From assembly GCA_902582695.1 (NCBI GenBank), contig CACHTH010000002.1, positions 26,483 to 90,482 of the forward strand: 64,000 nt of DNA, given 5' to 3'. Of the stretch, positions 29,400 through 38,859 are shown in pieces (the stretch's first letter is position 1; the number at the start of each line of letters is the position of its first letter). The notes under the pieces were generated by a model. It searched no databases. It was not told the origin of the DNA and saw nothing but the letters and a program-made list of their open reading frames with translations. This DNA comes from an uncultured Candidatus Actinomarina sp. (GTDB taxonomy: Bacteria; Actinomycetota; Acidimicrobiia; Actinomarinales; Actinomarinaceae). The translations under genes were made by a program, and so were the position numbers.

Positions 29400-29810
29400 T
29401 TATTCGAAATCCTCGTCTTTTAGATTAAACATTACTTCCTTGTTTGGCTTTATTACCAGCACAATTCTTTCAGTTTGTATGGGGAATGGATAAGGTTTTT
29501 CCCAATATTTTTGTGATAATTTATCAATATTTTCTCTTGCATCCTGTCCAGTGATTTCTCCGATTACTTCACCTCTTATTTCAACAAATTTAAATGGGTT
29601 ATCATGCTTCCAAATCATAACTGTGACTCTGGGATCTTTTAAAACATTTTTGTATTTGAATCTATGTATCTCTGTATTGATCAAGATATTTTCACCATCT
29701 GTATCAACCCACATCACATGTGTTTGAGGAACACCATCTTTAAACAGAGTTGTTAGCGCTGCATAATTTGGGCCAGATGCCATTTGAATTGTTTTATTGT
29801 CTAACCTCAT
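29400..29810 (-). CDS. PPOX-class (pyridoxamine 5'-phosphate oxidase-like) split-barrel protein, probable F420/flavin-dependent reductase
   Basis: 136 aa. ALTTLFKDGVPQTHVMWV matches the PPOX class F420-dependent enzyme N-terminal block. Confidence 0.55.
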   Translation of the reverse strand: MRLDNKTIQMASGPNYAALTTLFKDGVPQTHVMWVDTDGENILINTEIHRFKYKNVLKDPRVTVMIWKHDNPFKFVEIRGEVIGEITGQDARENIDKLSQKYWEKPYPFPIQTERIVLVIKPNKEVMFNLKDEDFE

Positions 29811-29827
29811 CTGTTAAATTATAGTTT

Positions 29828-30292
29828 ATGAAAGTTGTTTTGCAGAGAGTTAAAAGTGCTTATGTCAAAGTTGATTCAAATCTTATTTCAGAAATTGATA
29901 ATGGTTATTTACTTTTATGGGGGATTGAAGAATCAGATTCTGAAGTTGAAAGTGAAATACTGATAAATAAAATTTTAAATTTCAGAATTTTTTCTGACGA
30001 AAATTTAAAAATGAATAAATCAATAATAGATGTATCAGGAGAGATGCTAATTGTTAGTCAATTCACATTAGCTGGTAAATTTCTAAAAGGAAACAGGCCT
30101 TCCTTTGTAAATGCAAAATCTCCAGAAATAGCTGAAGAGATGATTTTAAAAATTGTTGAAGAATTTTCTAAGTACGTAACTGTAAAAACAGGAAGCTTTG
30201 GAGCCATGATGGATGTAGGTTTAATCAATGATGGTCCAGCAACTTTTGTATTAACTGCTAGAAATGGTCAATTAATTGATCAAGCAGACTGA
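29828..30292 (+). CDS. dtd: D-aminoacyl-tRNA deacylase
   Basis: 154 aa. MKVVLQRV start, the SQFTLAG motif, and the C-terminal NDGPATFVL all match Dtd. Confidence 0.85.
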   Translation: MKVVLQRVKSAYVKVDSNLISEIDNGYLLLWGIEESDSEVESEILINKILNFRIFSDENLKMNKSIIDVSGEMLIVSQFTLAGKFLKGNRPSFVNAKSPEIAEEMILKIVEEFSKYVTVKTGSFGAMMDVGLINDGPATFVLTARNGQLIDQAD

Positions 30293-30744
30293 AGTTTAGT
30301 TTTTTTTCCTATTTCCTTTTTATCAAGTTGTTTATCAAGATAATATTCTTCTCCAGCCCACAAATGTAATCCAAGCCCAAGCTTCATTGCACATCTTTTA
30401 AATGAATCTGATTCTGCATGTTTTGCATTACTGCCATCATTTTTTTGATCATGCTCTACATCGCCGATAGATGTTACTGTGACTAATTTACCATCAATTT
30501 CGACGGTTAATTTTCCAAAGCAACCAACAACAGATCCTGTAGTTTCTTGTCTAATTAACTCAACAACTTCCCAATCAAAAGGACCACAAACTTCTAAAAG
30601 ACGTTGTGTAATTACAGGGTGTGGCACATAATTTCCGAATTTACCCTTAGGTGCCTTTTTAATCCAATCTTTTGGAAATTTTCTAGATAGTTCATACAAT
30701 TGTTTCATTTTCTTCTCTCCATTTCTTTCAAACCTTTTGCCCAT
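30280..30744 (-). CDS. Rad52/Rad22-family single-strand annealing protein (Sak/DdrA-like)
   Basis: 154 aa. [29 protein letters not shown] parallels the Rad52 block [53 protein letters not shown] parallels [26 protein letters not shown]. Confidence 0.65.
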   Translation of the reverse strand: [154 protein letters not shown]

Positions 30745-31226
30745 ACAGGAGCAGTATCATTGCTTGTTTTAATAACTTGTAATTTAGGCTCTTCATCCCA
30801 TACTTTTTCTATAAAAGTATCTCTTGCTAATTGTTTATCCATACCTTTTTTTTCTGCAACCGCATCTAAGCCCCTTAATTTAGGAACAAAAGTATTTCCA
30901 CAAAGCGCTACCAAATTTTCAATATCATCTTCGGAGAGTTTTTTGCTAGTAGCCCAATCAATTAATCTTTTTAAATCTATTGTTTTTGATTTATAACTTT
31001 TTGAGTAATTAAATACAGTATCAGATATTTTTATTGCACCTTTTTCCTGAACATCGAGAGCAATTTTATTATCAACAAATTTATTTATTTTATAAGTACT
31101 ATCTTTTGCTTCTAGCGAAACTCCTCTAGCAATAAACAATTCTTTTGGCTCTTCAATTGATTGCAATTCGGTATTTTCTAAAGTTTCTTCACCACTTTTA
31201 GCGATATCCCAGATCAAATCTTTCAT
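30705..31226 (-). CDS. Hypothetical protein, co-transcribed with the Rad52-like gene
   Basis: 173 aa soluble, charged protein with no motif I recognise. It has a strong ribosome-binding site (AGGAGA 5 nt upstream). Its 3' end overlaps the Rad52-like start by 40 nt. Confidence 0.5.
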   Translation of the reverse strand: MKDLIWDIAKSGEETLENTELQSIEEPKELFIARGVSLEAKDSTYKINKFVDNKIALDVQEKGAIKISDTVFNYSKSYKSKTIDLKRLIDWATSKKLSEDDIENLVALCGNTFVPKLRGLDAVAEKKGMDKQLARDTFIEKVWDEEPKLQVIKTSNDTAPVWAKGLKEMERRK

Positions 31227-31241
31227 TTATTCTCCTATAAC

Positions 31242-31358
31242 TTATGCTGCTTCATCATATATTCTATGACAATCACATCGGTCATTATGGTCTAAACAAA
31301 TAAAATTTGCTTTTATCCCAGATCTTTCAAGTAATTTAAGTATTTCTTTTTCTTTCAT
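31242..31358 (-). CDS. Possible 38-aa Cys/His mini-protein (MKEKEILKLLERSGIKANFICLDHNDRCDCHRIYDEAA)
   Basis: Hand-translated minus-strand ORF ending 15 nt before the 173-aa gene start. It carries C-x6-C-x-C-H, a potential metal-binding knuckle. I saw no clear ribosome-binding site, so it may instead be 5'-UTR. Confidence 0.3.
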   Translation of the reverse strand: MKEKEILKLLERSGIKANFICLDHNDRCDCHRIYDEAA

Positions 31359-31438
31359 AATTTATAATTTAGAAATTCAGTGTGACAAAAAAAATAAAAT
31401 AACAATCTTTCTAACAAAAACCTATATATGATGAGCTA

Positions 31439-32704
31439 GTGATAGTTGAAAATAATCTCTTTGACTCACATATGTATAAAGAAGTCATCAGGCAGTATGA
31501 TGAAGTTTCTGATTTAATCAATCTTGATTCAAATATACGAGAAAGGCTTAAATTACCTCAAAGATCTCTTGTAGTAACTTTTCCATTTAGAAGAGATGAA
31601 TACGATGAAGTCGAAACAGTAATTGGTTATAGAGTTCAACATGTTTTATCAATGGGCCCTACTAAAGGTGGTATTCGGTACGCGCCAAATGTAAATTTAG
31701 GTGAAGTTACAGCTCTAGCTATCCTTATGTCTTGGAAGTCTGCAATTGTAGGATTACCTTATGGTGGAGCAAAAGGTGGAGTAGCGATAGATCCCAATCC
31801 TCTCACTCGAGCCGAAAAGCAACGAGTTACCAGGAGGTATACAGCCGAATTATTACCAATTATTGGTGTTGATAAAGACATACCTGCTCCTGACCTAGGT
31901 ACAGATGAGCAAACAATGGCATGGATTATGGACACATACAGTAACTTTGTTGGTTCACCTCAGCCTGGGATAGTCACTGGAAAACCTGTTTCTCTTGGTG
32001 GATCAATAACTAGAAGGGAATCGACTGGTAGGGGTGCAGTAGCTGTTGGTCAAGCTGCTATGGAAAAATTAGGTAAAAGCTATAAAGATTCAAGAGTTGC
32101 AATTCAAGGGTTTGGAAATGTTGGAAGGTATGCAGCTCTAGATTCATATGAAAGAGGTGCAAAAGTAGTTGCTGTAAATGATTTGGGCGGTGCAGTGATG
32201 AACAAAGATGGTCTTAACATCCCTGAACTTTTTAAACATATCGCTAAAAATCCTTCAGTCAGTGGCTTTTCAGGTGGAGAAGAATATGATGGGGAAATTC
32301 TAGAAGTTGATTGTGATGTTTTGATACCTGCAGCTGTAGGAGGAGTTATTACTTCAAGTAATGCTGAAAAAATTAAAGCAAATGTAATAATTGAAGGTGC
32401 TAATTCACCAACAACTTTAAATGCCGATAAAATCTTAAGGGATAATGGCGTAATGATAATTCCAGATATCCTAGCAAATGCCGGTGGTATAACTGCAAGT
32501 TACTTCGAATGGGTACAAAACACACAAAATTATTTATGGAAAGAAACTGAGCTACATGAGAAATTAATTGATGTAATGATTACTTCTTTTGAAGAAGTTT
32601 GGACTATCTCTCAGAAACAAAATTGTGATTTAAGAACTGCTGCACTCATAAAAGGAATAAAGAGAGTTGCCGCAGCAAAGCTAACTAGAGGCTTATTTCC
32701 GTAA
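31439..32704 (+). CDS. gdhA: Glutamate dehydrogenase (Glu/Leu/Phe/Val dehydrogenase family)
   Basis: GTG start. Catalytic glycine-rich motif LPYGGAKGGV, an NAD(P) Rossmann GFGNVGRYAA, and IPDILANAGGITASYFEWVQN. Confidence 0.85.
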   Translation: MIVENNLFDSHMYKEVIRQYDEVSDLINLDSNIRERLKLPQRSLVVTFPFRRDEYDEVETVIGYRVQHVLSMGPTKGGIRYAPNVNLGEVTALAILMSWKSAIVGLPYGGAKGGVAIDPNPLTRAEKQRVTRRYTAELLPIIGVDKDIPAPDLGTDEQTMAWIMDTYSNFVGSPQPGIVTGKPVSLGGSITRRESTGRGAVAVGQAAMEKLGKSYKDSRVAIQGFGNVGRYAALDSYERGAKVVAVNDLGGAVMNKDGLNIPELFKHIAKNPSVSGFSGGEEYDGEILEVDCDVLIPAAVGGVITSSNAEKIKANVIIEGANSPTTLNADKILRDNGVMIIPDILANAGGITASYFEWVQNTQNYLWKETELHEKLIDVMITSFEEVWTISQKQNCDLRTAALIKGIKRVAAAKLTRGLFP

Positions 32705-33664
32705 AAGTTTTTCTATTTCCGCTTGGATATTATTTTTTTGATCCTCTAAATTTGATATCTGATTTTTAATCTGCTCTTTGTCTTTACTTCCAATTGGACT
32801 TTCTTTTGGTACTTCATTTTCGTTTTTAAACATATCTAATACCTCAAGTTCTTCTTCTAATTCTGAAATTGATTCATTTATAACCCTTAGTTCTTCCGTA
32901 TCAGGTGGGTTGTCATTAAATACTGGACAAATCGGTTTATAGTAACACCAATCACAAAGTGTATTTTTAATTGGTGGAAAATCATCATTTTCGTAAGCTT
33001 TTTTGATATTTTCCCATATTTCAAGAATTTCTTTTTTTGATTCTATTAAGTCTTCTTCTTTAATTTTTAATGTATGAATAGTTGAGTTTTTGAGATATAT
33101 TAATTTCAATTCTGCAGGCATTTCTCCAAGTTCTTCCTTTATCAATAAAGCGTATAATTTAAGTGCAAAAAATCTTGGCTCTTTATATTTAGCCATTGGA
33201 GCTTTACCACTTTTATAGTCAACAATTATTAGTTCACCTTTTTCATTTCTATCCATTCTGTCAAGAATTCCTCTTAAATTTAAATCTTCTATACTTCCTC
33301 TGACCCAACGCTCTCTCTCTAATGGATCAAAACTCGTAGGATCCTCAATTGTCATATAGTTATTAAGCAGCTTTAGTCCATCAACACCCCATTCTCTCTC
33401 TTCTTCAACAGAAGAAAAAAGATTATGATGTTCATCTGTTCCTCTTACTTTCGTCCATGCTTCACGAAATAAATTATGGAGTTTTTCAATATTCCTGTCC
33501 TCTTTAGGTAGGTCAAATAAGTCTTCGAGAGCTTGATGGACGGTTGTTCCTTTAGCCTGCACTTCATTTGTTGGCTCTTTTAATTTATCTACATTTGCAA
33601 ATTTAAATTGCTTTGGACATGTTTTAAATTGAGATGCTCTTGATGGAGATAAATTTTTAATCAT
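32693..33664 (-). CDS. PD-(D/E)XK nuclease, Cas4/RecB-like with C-terminal Cys cluster and coiled-coil tail
   Basis: 323 aa. IVDYKSGK (D-x-K nuclease motif). The C-terminal CDWCYYKPICP resembles the Cas4/AddB Fe-S cysteine cluster. The last 60 aa or so are a Glu/Lys-rich heptad-like tail. Confidence 0.7.
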   Translation of the reverse strand: MIKNLSPSRASQFKTCPKQFKFANVDKLKEPTNEVQAKGTTVHQALEDLFDLPKEDRNIEKLHNLFREAWTKVRGTDEHHNLFSSVEEEREWGVDGLKLLNNYMTIEDPTSFDPLERERWVRGSIEDLNLRGILDRMDRNEKGELIIVDYKSGKAPMAKYKEPRFFALKLYALLIKEELGEMPAELKLIYLKNSTIHTLKIKEEDLIESKKEILEIWENIKKAYENDDFPPIKNTLCDWCYYKPICPVFNDNPPDTEELRVINESISELEEELEVLDMFKNENEVPKESPIGSKDKEQIKNQISNLEDQKNNIQAEIEKLLRK

Positions 33665-33865
33665 ACATAAATTATATCTATATTATTTTGAATATTTGTA
33701 AAATGTAATAGTGACTAAGTTTATAAAAATATTACAAATTATAGGAATTATCACTTTTGTAATGTATTTTGTTATTGGAATGCTTTACAACTCTTTTAGT
33801 TGGTTTAATTATCTCTTTAATTAATCATGTAAAAATATAAATCTCACTGTTGCTAAAGTAAAAAA

Positions 33866-34939
33866 ATGGAAAATAATATAAAAGTTGCAATATTGGGCGT
33901 TGGTAACTGTGCTAGTTCATTTGTTCAAGGAATTGCACATTATAGTAATTCGGAAAATGAAGATGGTTTAATCTCCGATGTCATTGGCGGATACAAGGTC
34001 TCCAACATTGAAGTAGTTGCAGCATATGATATTAATACTACAAAAGTTGGTAAAGATCTCAGTGAAGCAATTTTTGCTGAACCAAATAACACAATTAAAT
34101 TTTCTGATGTTCCAGAAACTGGTGTCATAGTTCAGCCAGGTGTTGTAAATGATGGAGTAGGTAAATTTGTTAAAGATATTATTACAACTTCACCCGATTC
34201 TGAAAATTTTGAAGATTCACTAAGAGATTCAGGAGCTGAGATACTAATTAATCTTCTACCAGTAGGATCTGACGAGGCTGTTAAGTTCTATGCCCAATCT
34301 GCTATTAACACAGGTATTGGTTTTATTAACTGTATACCAGTTTTCATAGCTAGAGATAAAGAATGGTATCAAAAGTTTAAAGATGCTGGAGTCCCTTTGA
34401 TTGGCGATGATATTAAGAGTCAAGTTGGCGCAACAATTGTTCATAGGGTTTTAGCTCAATTATTTTCTGACAGAGGTGTAAATCTTGAAAATACCTATCA
34501 ATTAAACGTTGGTGGAAATATGGACTTTCTAAATATGCTTGAAGAAGATCGTTTAGAAACTAAAAGAACAAGTAAAACTTCTTCAGTTACTTCTGTAGCT
34601 AATAAAGGTAAAGGAATTTCATCTGAAAATGTAAGAATTGGCCCATCTGATTATGTAAAGTGGCTAGAAGATAGAAAGAAAGCATTCATTAGACTTGAAG
34701 GTAAAGGATTTGGAGGTGCTCCTCTTAATTTAGAAGTTCAATTAGAAGTATGGGATTCACCAAACAGTGCAGGAGTTACTATCGACGCCGTTAGATATAT
34801 GAAGTTTTTTAAAGAAAAAAATGATTTAGAATCTTTAGATTTAGTATCTGCTTGGCTAATGAAAGCACCATTCAAACCAGTTAAAGATGGAGATGTCTTA
34901 AATCAGCTTCATGAGCTCACTCATGTTGAATCAGACTAA
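33866..34939 (+). CDS. ino1: Myo-inositol-1-phosphate synthase (bacterial/actinobacterial Ino1 type)
   Basis: 357 aa. Long colinear similarity to my recollection of mycobacterial Ino1 (AILGVGNCASS, LPVGSDEAVKFYAQSAI, IGDDIKSQVGATIVHRVLA, LNVGGNMDFLNMLE, EVWDSPNSAGV). Confidence 0.8.
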   Translation: MENNIKVAILGVGNCASSFVQGIAHYSNSENEDGLISDVIGGYKVSNIEVVAAYDINTTKVGKDLSEAIFAEPNNTIKFSDVPETGVIVQPGVVNDGVGKFVKDIITTSPDSENFEDSLRDSGAEILINLLPVGSDEAVKFYAQSAINTGIGFINCIPVFIARDKEWYQKFKDAGVPLIGDDIKSQVGATIVHRVLAQLFSDRGVNLENTYQLNVGGNMDFLNMLEEDRLETKRTSKTSSVTSVANKGKGISSENVRIGPSDYVKWLEDRKKAFIRLEGKGFGGAPLNLEVQLEVWDSPNSAGVTIDAVRYMKFFKEKNDLESLDLVSAWLMKAPFKPVKDGDVLNQLHELTHVESD

Positions 34940-36198
34940 ATTAGAGATTCGCTAAATATTCCTAGTGCTTCTTCTACCTGTTTAAGTGGTGTAGTCAAAG
35001 GACCCATAAATCTAATGACATTTCCAAACTCACCACATGAAACAAGGAGTAAACCATTTTCTTTACAGTTTGAGATAATTTGTTGAGTTTTTTCTTTATC
35101 AGGATTTTTAGACTCTTTATCAATTACAATTTCAACACCAATCATTGGTCCGTAACCTCTTACATCTCCAATAAAATCAAAATCATTCATTAGATTTGAT
35201 AAAACTGTATTCATAATTTTTGCTTGTTTGTTAGCATTTTTTAAAATATCTTCATTATCAAATACATCTAATACACCTAATGCTGCAGCACAAGACACAG
35301 GCGAGGCTCCAAATGTACTTCCTATACCAGCCTCATGAATAGAATCCATTATCTCTGATTTACCTAATACTGCAGCTAGAGGAAAACCGCCAGCAATTCC
35401 TTTTGCTAATGTAACAATGTCTGGCTTTACCCCTACAGTCTCTGCACCAAACATATTTCCAGTACGTCCATAGCCTGTCTGAACTTCATCAAAAATTAAT
35501 AAGATATTATTTTTATCGCAAATATCTCTTAGTTGTGATAAAAAATTACTTGAGGCTGGAATATACCCACCCTCCCCAAGTTCAACTTCAATCACAATTG
35601 CTGCTGTGTCATTAGGATCAAGTTGATTGTTAAGCACATCTTTGACACTCATCAATGCATCTTCATCTGAAATATCTCTATAACTATATGGATAAACAGC
35701 ATGCTTTACAAATTCTGGAAATGGTCCAAAGCCTTCTTTATAAGGTTTGTCCTTTCCCGTTAAACCCATGGCAAGGTATGTTCTTCCATGGAATCCACCT
35801 TTGAAAGATAAAATTGCTTTTTTATTTGTATAATATCTTGCAATCTTAACTGCATTTTCTACAGCCTCGGCACCACTATTGACCATAAATGTTTTAGTTT
35901 CAGAATCTATGGGATACCTATTATTTAGTTCTTCGGATAGTTTTACTGCGTTTTCGTGTGGTGCAAAAGCAAAACAAGAGTGCGAAAAATTATCAAGCTG
36001 ATTTTTGACTCTATCAACAACTCTAGGATGGAGATGGCCAGTGTTTAGAACAGCATATCCTCCGACATAATCTAAAAATCGATTACCTTCAGAATCCCAA
36101 ATTTCAGCATTTTTACCCTTAACAATAAAATTTTCTAGGGAGCTGTACCATGCACTTGGAACATTAGATTGTATTTGATCATTCTGTATGTATACCAT
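34936..36198 (-). CDS. gabT: Class III aminotransferase, 4-aminobutyrate aminotransferase-like
   Basis: 420 aa. PLP-lysine region DIVTLAKGIAGGFPL, and FDEVQTGYGRTG. Confidence 0.8.
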   Translation of the reverse strand: MVYIQNDQIQSNVPSAWYSSLENFIVKGKNAEIWDSEGNRFLDYVGGYAVLNTGHLHPRVVDRVKNQLDNFSHSCFAFAPHENAVKLSEELNNRYPIDSETKTFMVNSGAEAVENAVKIARYYTNKKAILSFKGGFHGRTYLAMGLTGKDKPYKEGFGPFPEFVKHAVYPYSYRDISDEDALMSVKDVLNNQLDPNDTAAIVIEVELGEGGYIPASSNFLSQLRDICDKNNILLIFDEVQTGYGRTGNMFGAETVGVKPDIVTLAKGIAGGFPLAAVLGKSEIMDSIHEAGIGSTFGASPVSCAAALGVLDVFDNEDILKNANKQAKIMNTVLSNLMNDFDFIGDVRGYGPMIGVEIVIDKESKNPDKEKTQQIISNCKENGLLLVSCGEFGNVIRFMGPLTTPLKQVEEALGIFSESLI

Positions 36199-36260
36199 TA
36201 CTAGTTCACTGTAACTGAATAATTATTAATACTCAATTTTGTAACTACTAAAATAAAAAT

Positions 36261-36629
36261 ATGGAATTTTATTTTCTAGAATTACCTTCTTATATAAGTC
36301 TTGTTATTTGTGGCTTTGTTGGGTTAATATTTTTAATTATTCATTTTTCTAAATTTGAACTTCCTTATAACATTTCAAACAAATTAATCTTGCTTTCTTG
36401 TTCTTCTGTACTCTTGCAAGTTTTAGTGGTTGTTTACTATACACAAAACAATGAAATAGGCTCATTTAGCTTATTTTATAATATTGTTAATCTTTTCATT
36501 TTGACGTTTCTTTACATTTACAGAAACGAAATGAAATTGAATTATCATCTTTATTGGTCATTTGCATTACTCTTTTTGATGGGTATGGAAATCAGATCAA
36601 TACAGACAATAGGGCTTGGACTTAACTAA
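36261..36629 (+). CDS. Small polytopic membrane protein (hypothetical)
   Basis: 122 aa with about 4 hydrophobic helices. Its stop overlaps the next gene's start (TAATG). Confidence 0.4.
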   Translation: MEFYFLELPSYISLVICGFVGLIFLIIHFSKFELPYNISNKLILLSCSSVLLQVLVVVYYTQNNEIGSFSLFYNIVNLFILTFLYIYRNEMKLNYHLYWSFALLFLMGMEIRSIQTIGLGLN

Positions 36630-37336
36630 TGGCATATAAAATATTGAAAGATGACTTAACATTTGCAAATGTAAATTCAGATAATCCAAAAGTGTGTTTT
36701 TTACATGGATGGGGTACAAGTGGTAAAGATTTCAACAAGATTGAATCACATTTTGATTTTATAACTATCGATATACCAGGGTTTGGTAAGTCTGTACCAT
36801 TTACAAAAAGTTTTTCACCAAAAAGCTATGCAGAGTACCTTTTTAAATTAATACCAGAATCAGTTGATGTTATTGTTGGTCATTCTTTTGGAGGAAGAAT
36901 AGCAGCCCACCTCTCACAAATACAAAATTACAGAAAAATAGTAATTATTGCATCACCACTTATCAGAAAAATTAAACCGAACAATGGTTTTTCTGTTTTT
37001 AAATTATATAAATTTATGAATAAATTAAATATTATTAGCGACAGCAGGCTTGATGAATTAAAAAATAAATATGGTTCTGAAGATTACAAAAATGCTAATA
37101 AAGTTTTAAAAGATACATTAGTTATGGCAGTAAATGATGATTTATCAGAGATACTTCCACAAATCTCTTCAAAAGTTGAACTTATCTATGGACAAGAAGA
37201 TTTGGTTGTGCCTGTAAAAGTTGGTATTGACTCAAGCAGAATAATCCCTGATTCACAATTAACGATAATTCCTGACGAAGGTCACAATATGCTTAGAAGT
37301 AGCGCAGAAAAAATTATAGAAATTATAAAAAGATGA
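36629..37336 (+). CDS. Alpha/beta-fold hydrolase
   Basis: 235 aa. HGWGTSGKDF (oxyanion region), GHSFGG nucleophile elbow, and a late His in PDEGHN. Confidence 0.7.
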   Translation: MAYKILKDDLTFANVNSDNPKVCFLHGWGTSGKDFNKIESHFDFITIDIPGFGKSVPFTKSFSPKSYAEYLFKLIPESVDVIVGHSFGGRIAAHLSQIQNYRKIVIIASPLIRKIKPNNGFSVFKLYKFMNKLNIISDSRLDELKNKYGSEDYKNANKVLKDTLVMAVNDDLSEILPQISSKVELIYGQEDLVVPVKVGIDSSRIIPDSQLTIIPDEGHNMLRSSAEKIIEIIKR

Positions 37337-38856
37337 ATTTAGTTTACATATTAGTTTTAGTTTTTCTTACTTTAAGCTCATGCTTGAACTCAATAAGATG
37401 GGGTAGAGTTGCTCAAAGAGAGCACTATATTCCAGGATATGTCACAAAATTTTATTTTAGATGGGTTAGGTTAGTCCCTTTTAATAATCTTTATTTTTTT
37501 CTTGCTATCATCCTGGCTTTATTAAGTTTATGGTCACCTTACCCAGCATTACTATTATCAGTATTGACTCTAGTGACACCAATTGGATTAGATTTTAAGC
37601 ACAGAACTAGCAAAGTAAACATTACCGAAAGACTTAAAAGATTAAATATAATTTATTGTATTTTTGTAGTTCTAATTTCTATTGTGTCATTATCTATGGA
37701 CCTTGGTTATTTTCTTGCATTAGTTGTTAATTTATTTTCTTTTTATATATATGACCAAGCTCTGAGATTTACAAAAAACTATGAAAAAAATACATCTGAA
37801 AAATTTATTGTTGATGCAGAACAAAAAATAAAAAATTTTGAAGGCCCAATAATTGCTATTACTGGGTCTTACTCAAAAACTACAACTAAAAATATATTAG
37901 CTCAGATCCTTTCTCAAAAAAATAAAACATTTGCTACGCCAGAAAGTTTTAATAATCGACTTGGTATAGCAAAGGCAATCAATGAGAATTTAAAAAATAA
38001 TGATGAAATTTCAATCATTGAAATGGGCACATATGGTTTTGGAGAAATCAGAGAAATGTGTTCATGGGTCAGACCTCACATATCAGTTATAACAGGCATA
38101 GCACCTGTTCATCTTGAAAGAATGAAAACTTTAGAGAACATACTCGATGCAAAGTCTGAGATAGTTGATTTGACTGGTTCAGTAGTTATCAATGGTGATG
38201 ATTCACTTTTATTAAATCAAGCAAGGTTATGGACAGCTCAAAAGATGGTTATAGATTGTTCAACGACTTCTGAGAGAGCAGCTGTTTTTGTGGATTACAA
38301 AAATAATGTACATAGCGTTTATATTGGAGGAGAATTTATTGGAAATGTTGAAGGTCCTAAAATCCTTCAGTTGTCTATTTCTTTGTCAGTTGGAGTTATG
38401 GTTGCACTTGAGCTTGATGTTAAGTCTTATCTCGAAAATCTTGGTGAGTTAGAAAAAACCGATCATCGACAAACTATTCTTCAAGGAAGTATGGGACAAA
38501 CAATTATCGATAATTCTTTTAATTCGAATCCTATCTCTTGTATCTCTTCACTTGAAACTTTAGAGGATCTTAGTACGGAAGGTAAAAAGTATCTTATAAC
38601 TCCTGGAATGGTCGAGCTAGGTTCTGAACAGTTTAGTTATAATTATGAATTTGCACATTTTGCAAGTGAAATTATTGACGAAGCTCTTATTGTAGGTTTT
38701 ACTAATAAAGGACCTTTAATGCTTGCATTTGAAGAAAATAATATTCCAGTAAAATATTTTAAAAATAGAGATTTAGCTGTTTCTTATCTAAACTCTGTTG
38801 TGAATGAAAATGATATTGTATTATTTGAAAACGATTTACCAGATCATCATCCCTAA
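37333..38856 (+). CDS. Mur ligase family protein, MurF-like, with about 130-aa N-terminal 4-TM membrane anchor
   Basis: 507 aa. The N-terminus is very hydrophobic. It then carries the Mur ligase P-loop IAITGSYSKTTTKNIL, the central domain, and a C-terminal IIDNSFNSNP matching the MurF DDSYNANP motif. ATGA overlap with the upstream gene. Confidence 0.65.
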   Translation: MNLVYILVLVFLTLSSCLNSIRWGRVAQREHYIPGYVTKFYFRWVRLVPFNNLYFFLAIILALLSLWSPYPALLLSVLTLVTPIGLDFKHRTSKVNITERLKRLNIIYCIFVVLISIVSLSMDLGYFLALVVNLFSFYIYDQALRFTKNYEKNTSEKFIVDAEQKIKNFEGPIIAITGSYSKTTTKNILAQILSQKNKTFATPESFNNRLGIAKAINENLKNNDEISIIEMGTYGFGEIREMCSWVRPHISVITGIAPVHLERMKTLENILDAKSEIVDLTGSVVINGDDSLLLNQARLWTAQKMVIDCSTTSERAAVFVDYKNNVHSVYIGGEFIGNVEGPKILQLSISLSVGVMVALELDVKSYLENLGELEKTDHRQTILQGSMGQTIIDNSFNSNPISCISSLETLEDLSTEGKKYLITPGMVELGSEQFSYNYEFAHFASEIIDEALIVGFTNKGPLMLAFEENNIPVKYFKNRDLAVSYLNSVVNENDIVLFENDLPDHHP

Positions 38857-38859
38857 AAT

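Noticed and set aside
33665-33865. 200-nt AT-rich spacer between the Cas4-like nuclease and ino1 (possible sRNA or riboswitch)
   Set aside because: I see only weak, imperfect inverted repeats (TTGTAAAATGTAAT / TTGTAATGTATTTT) and a 19-codon hydrophobic mini-ORF. It is most simply a divergent promoter region. I cannot support an RNA-gene call without covariance or conservation data.
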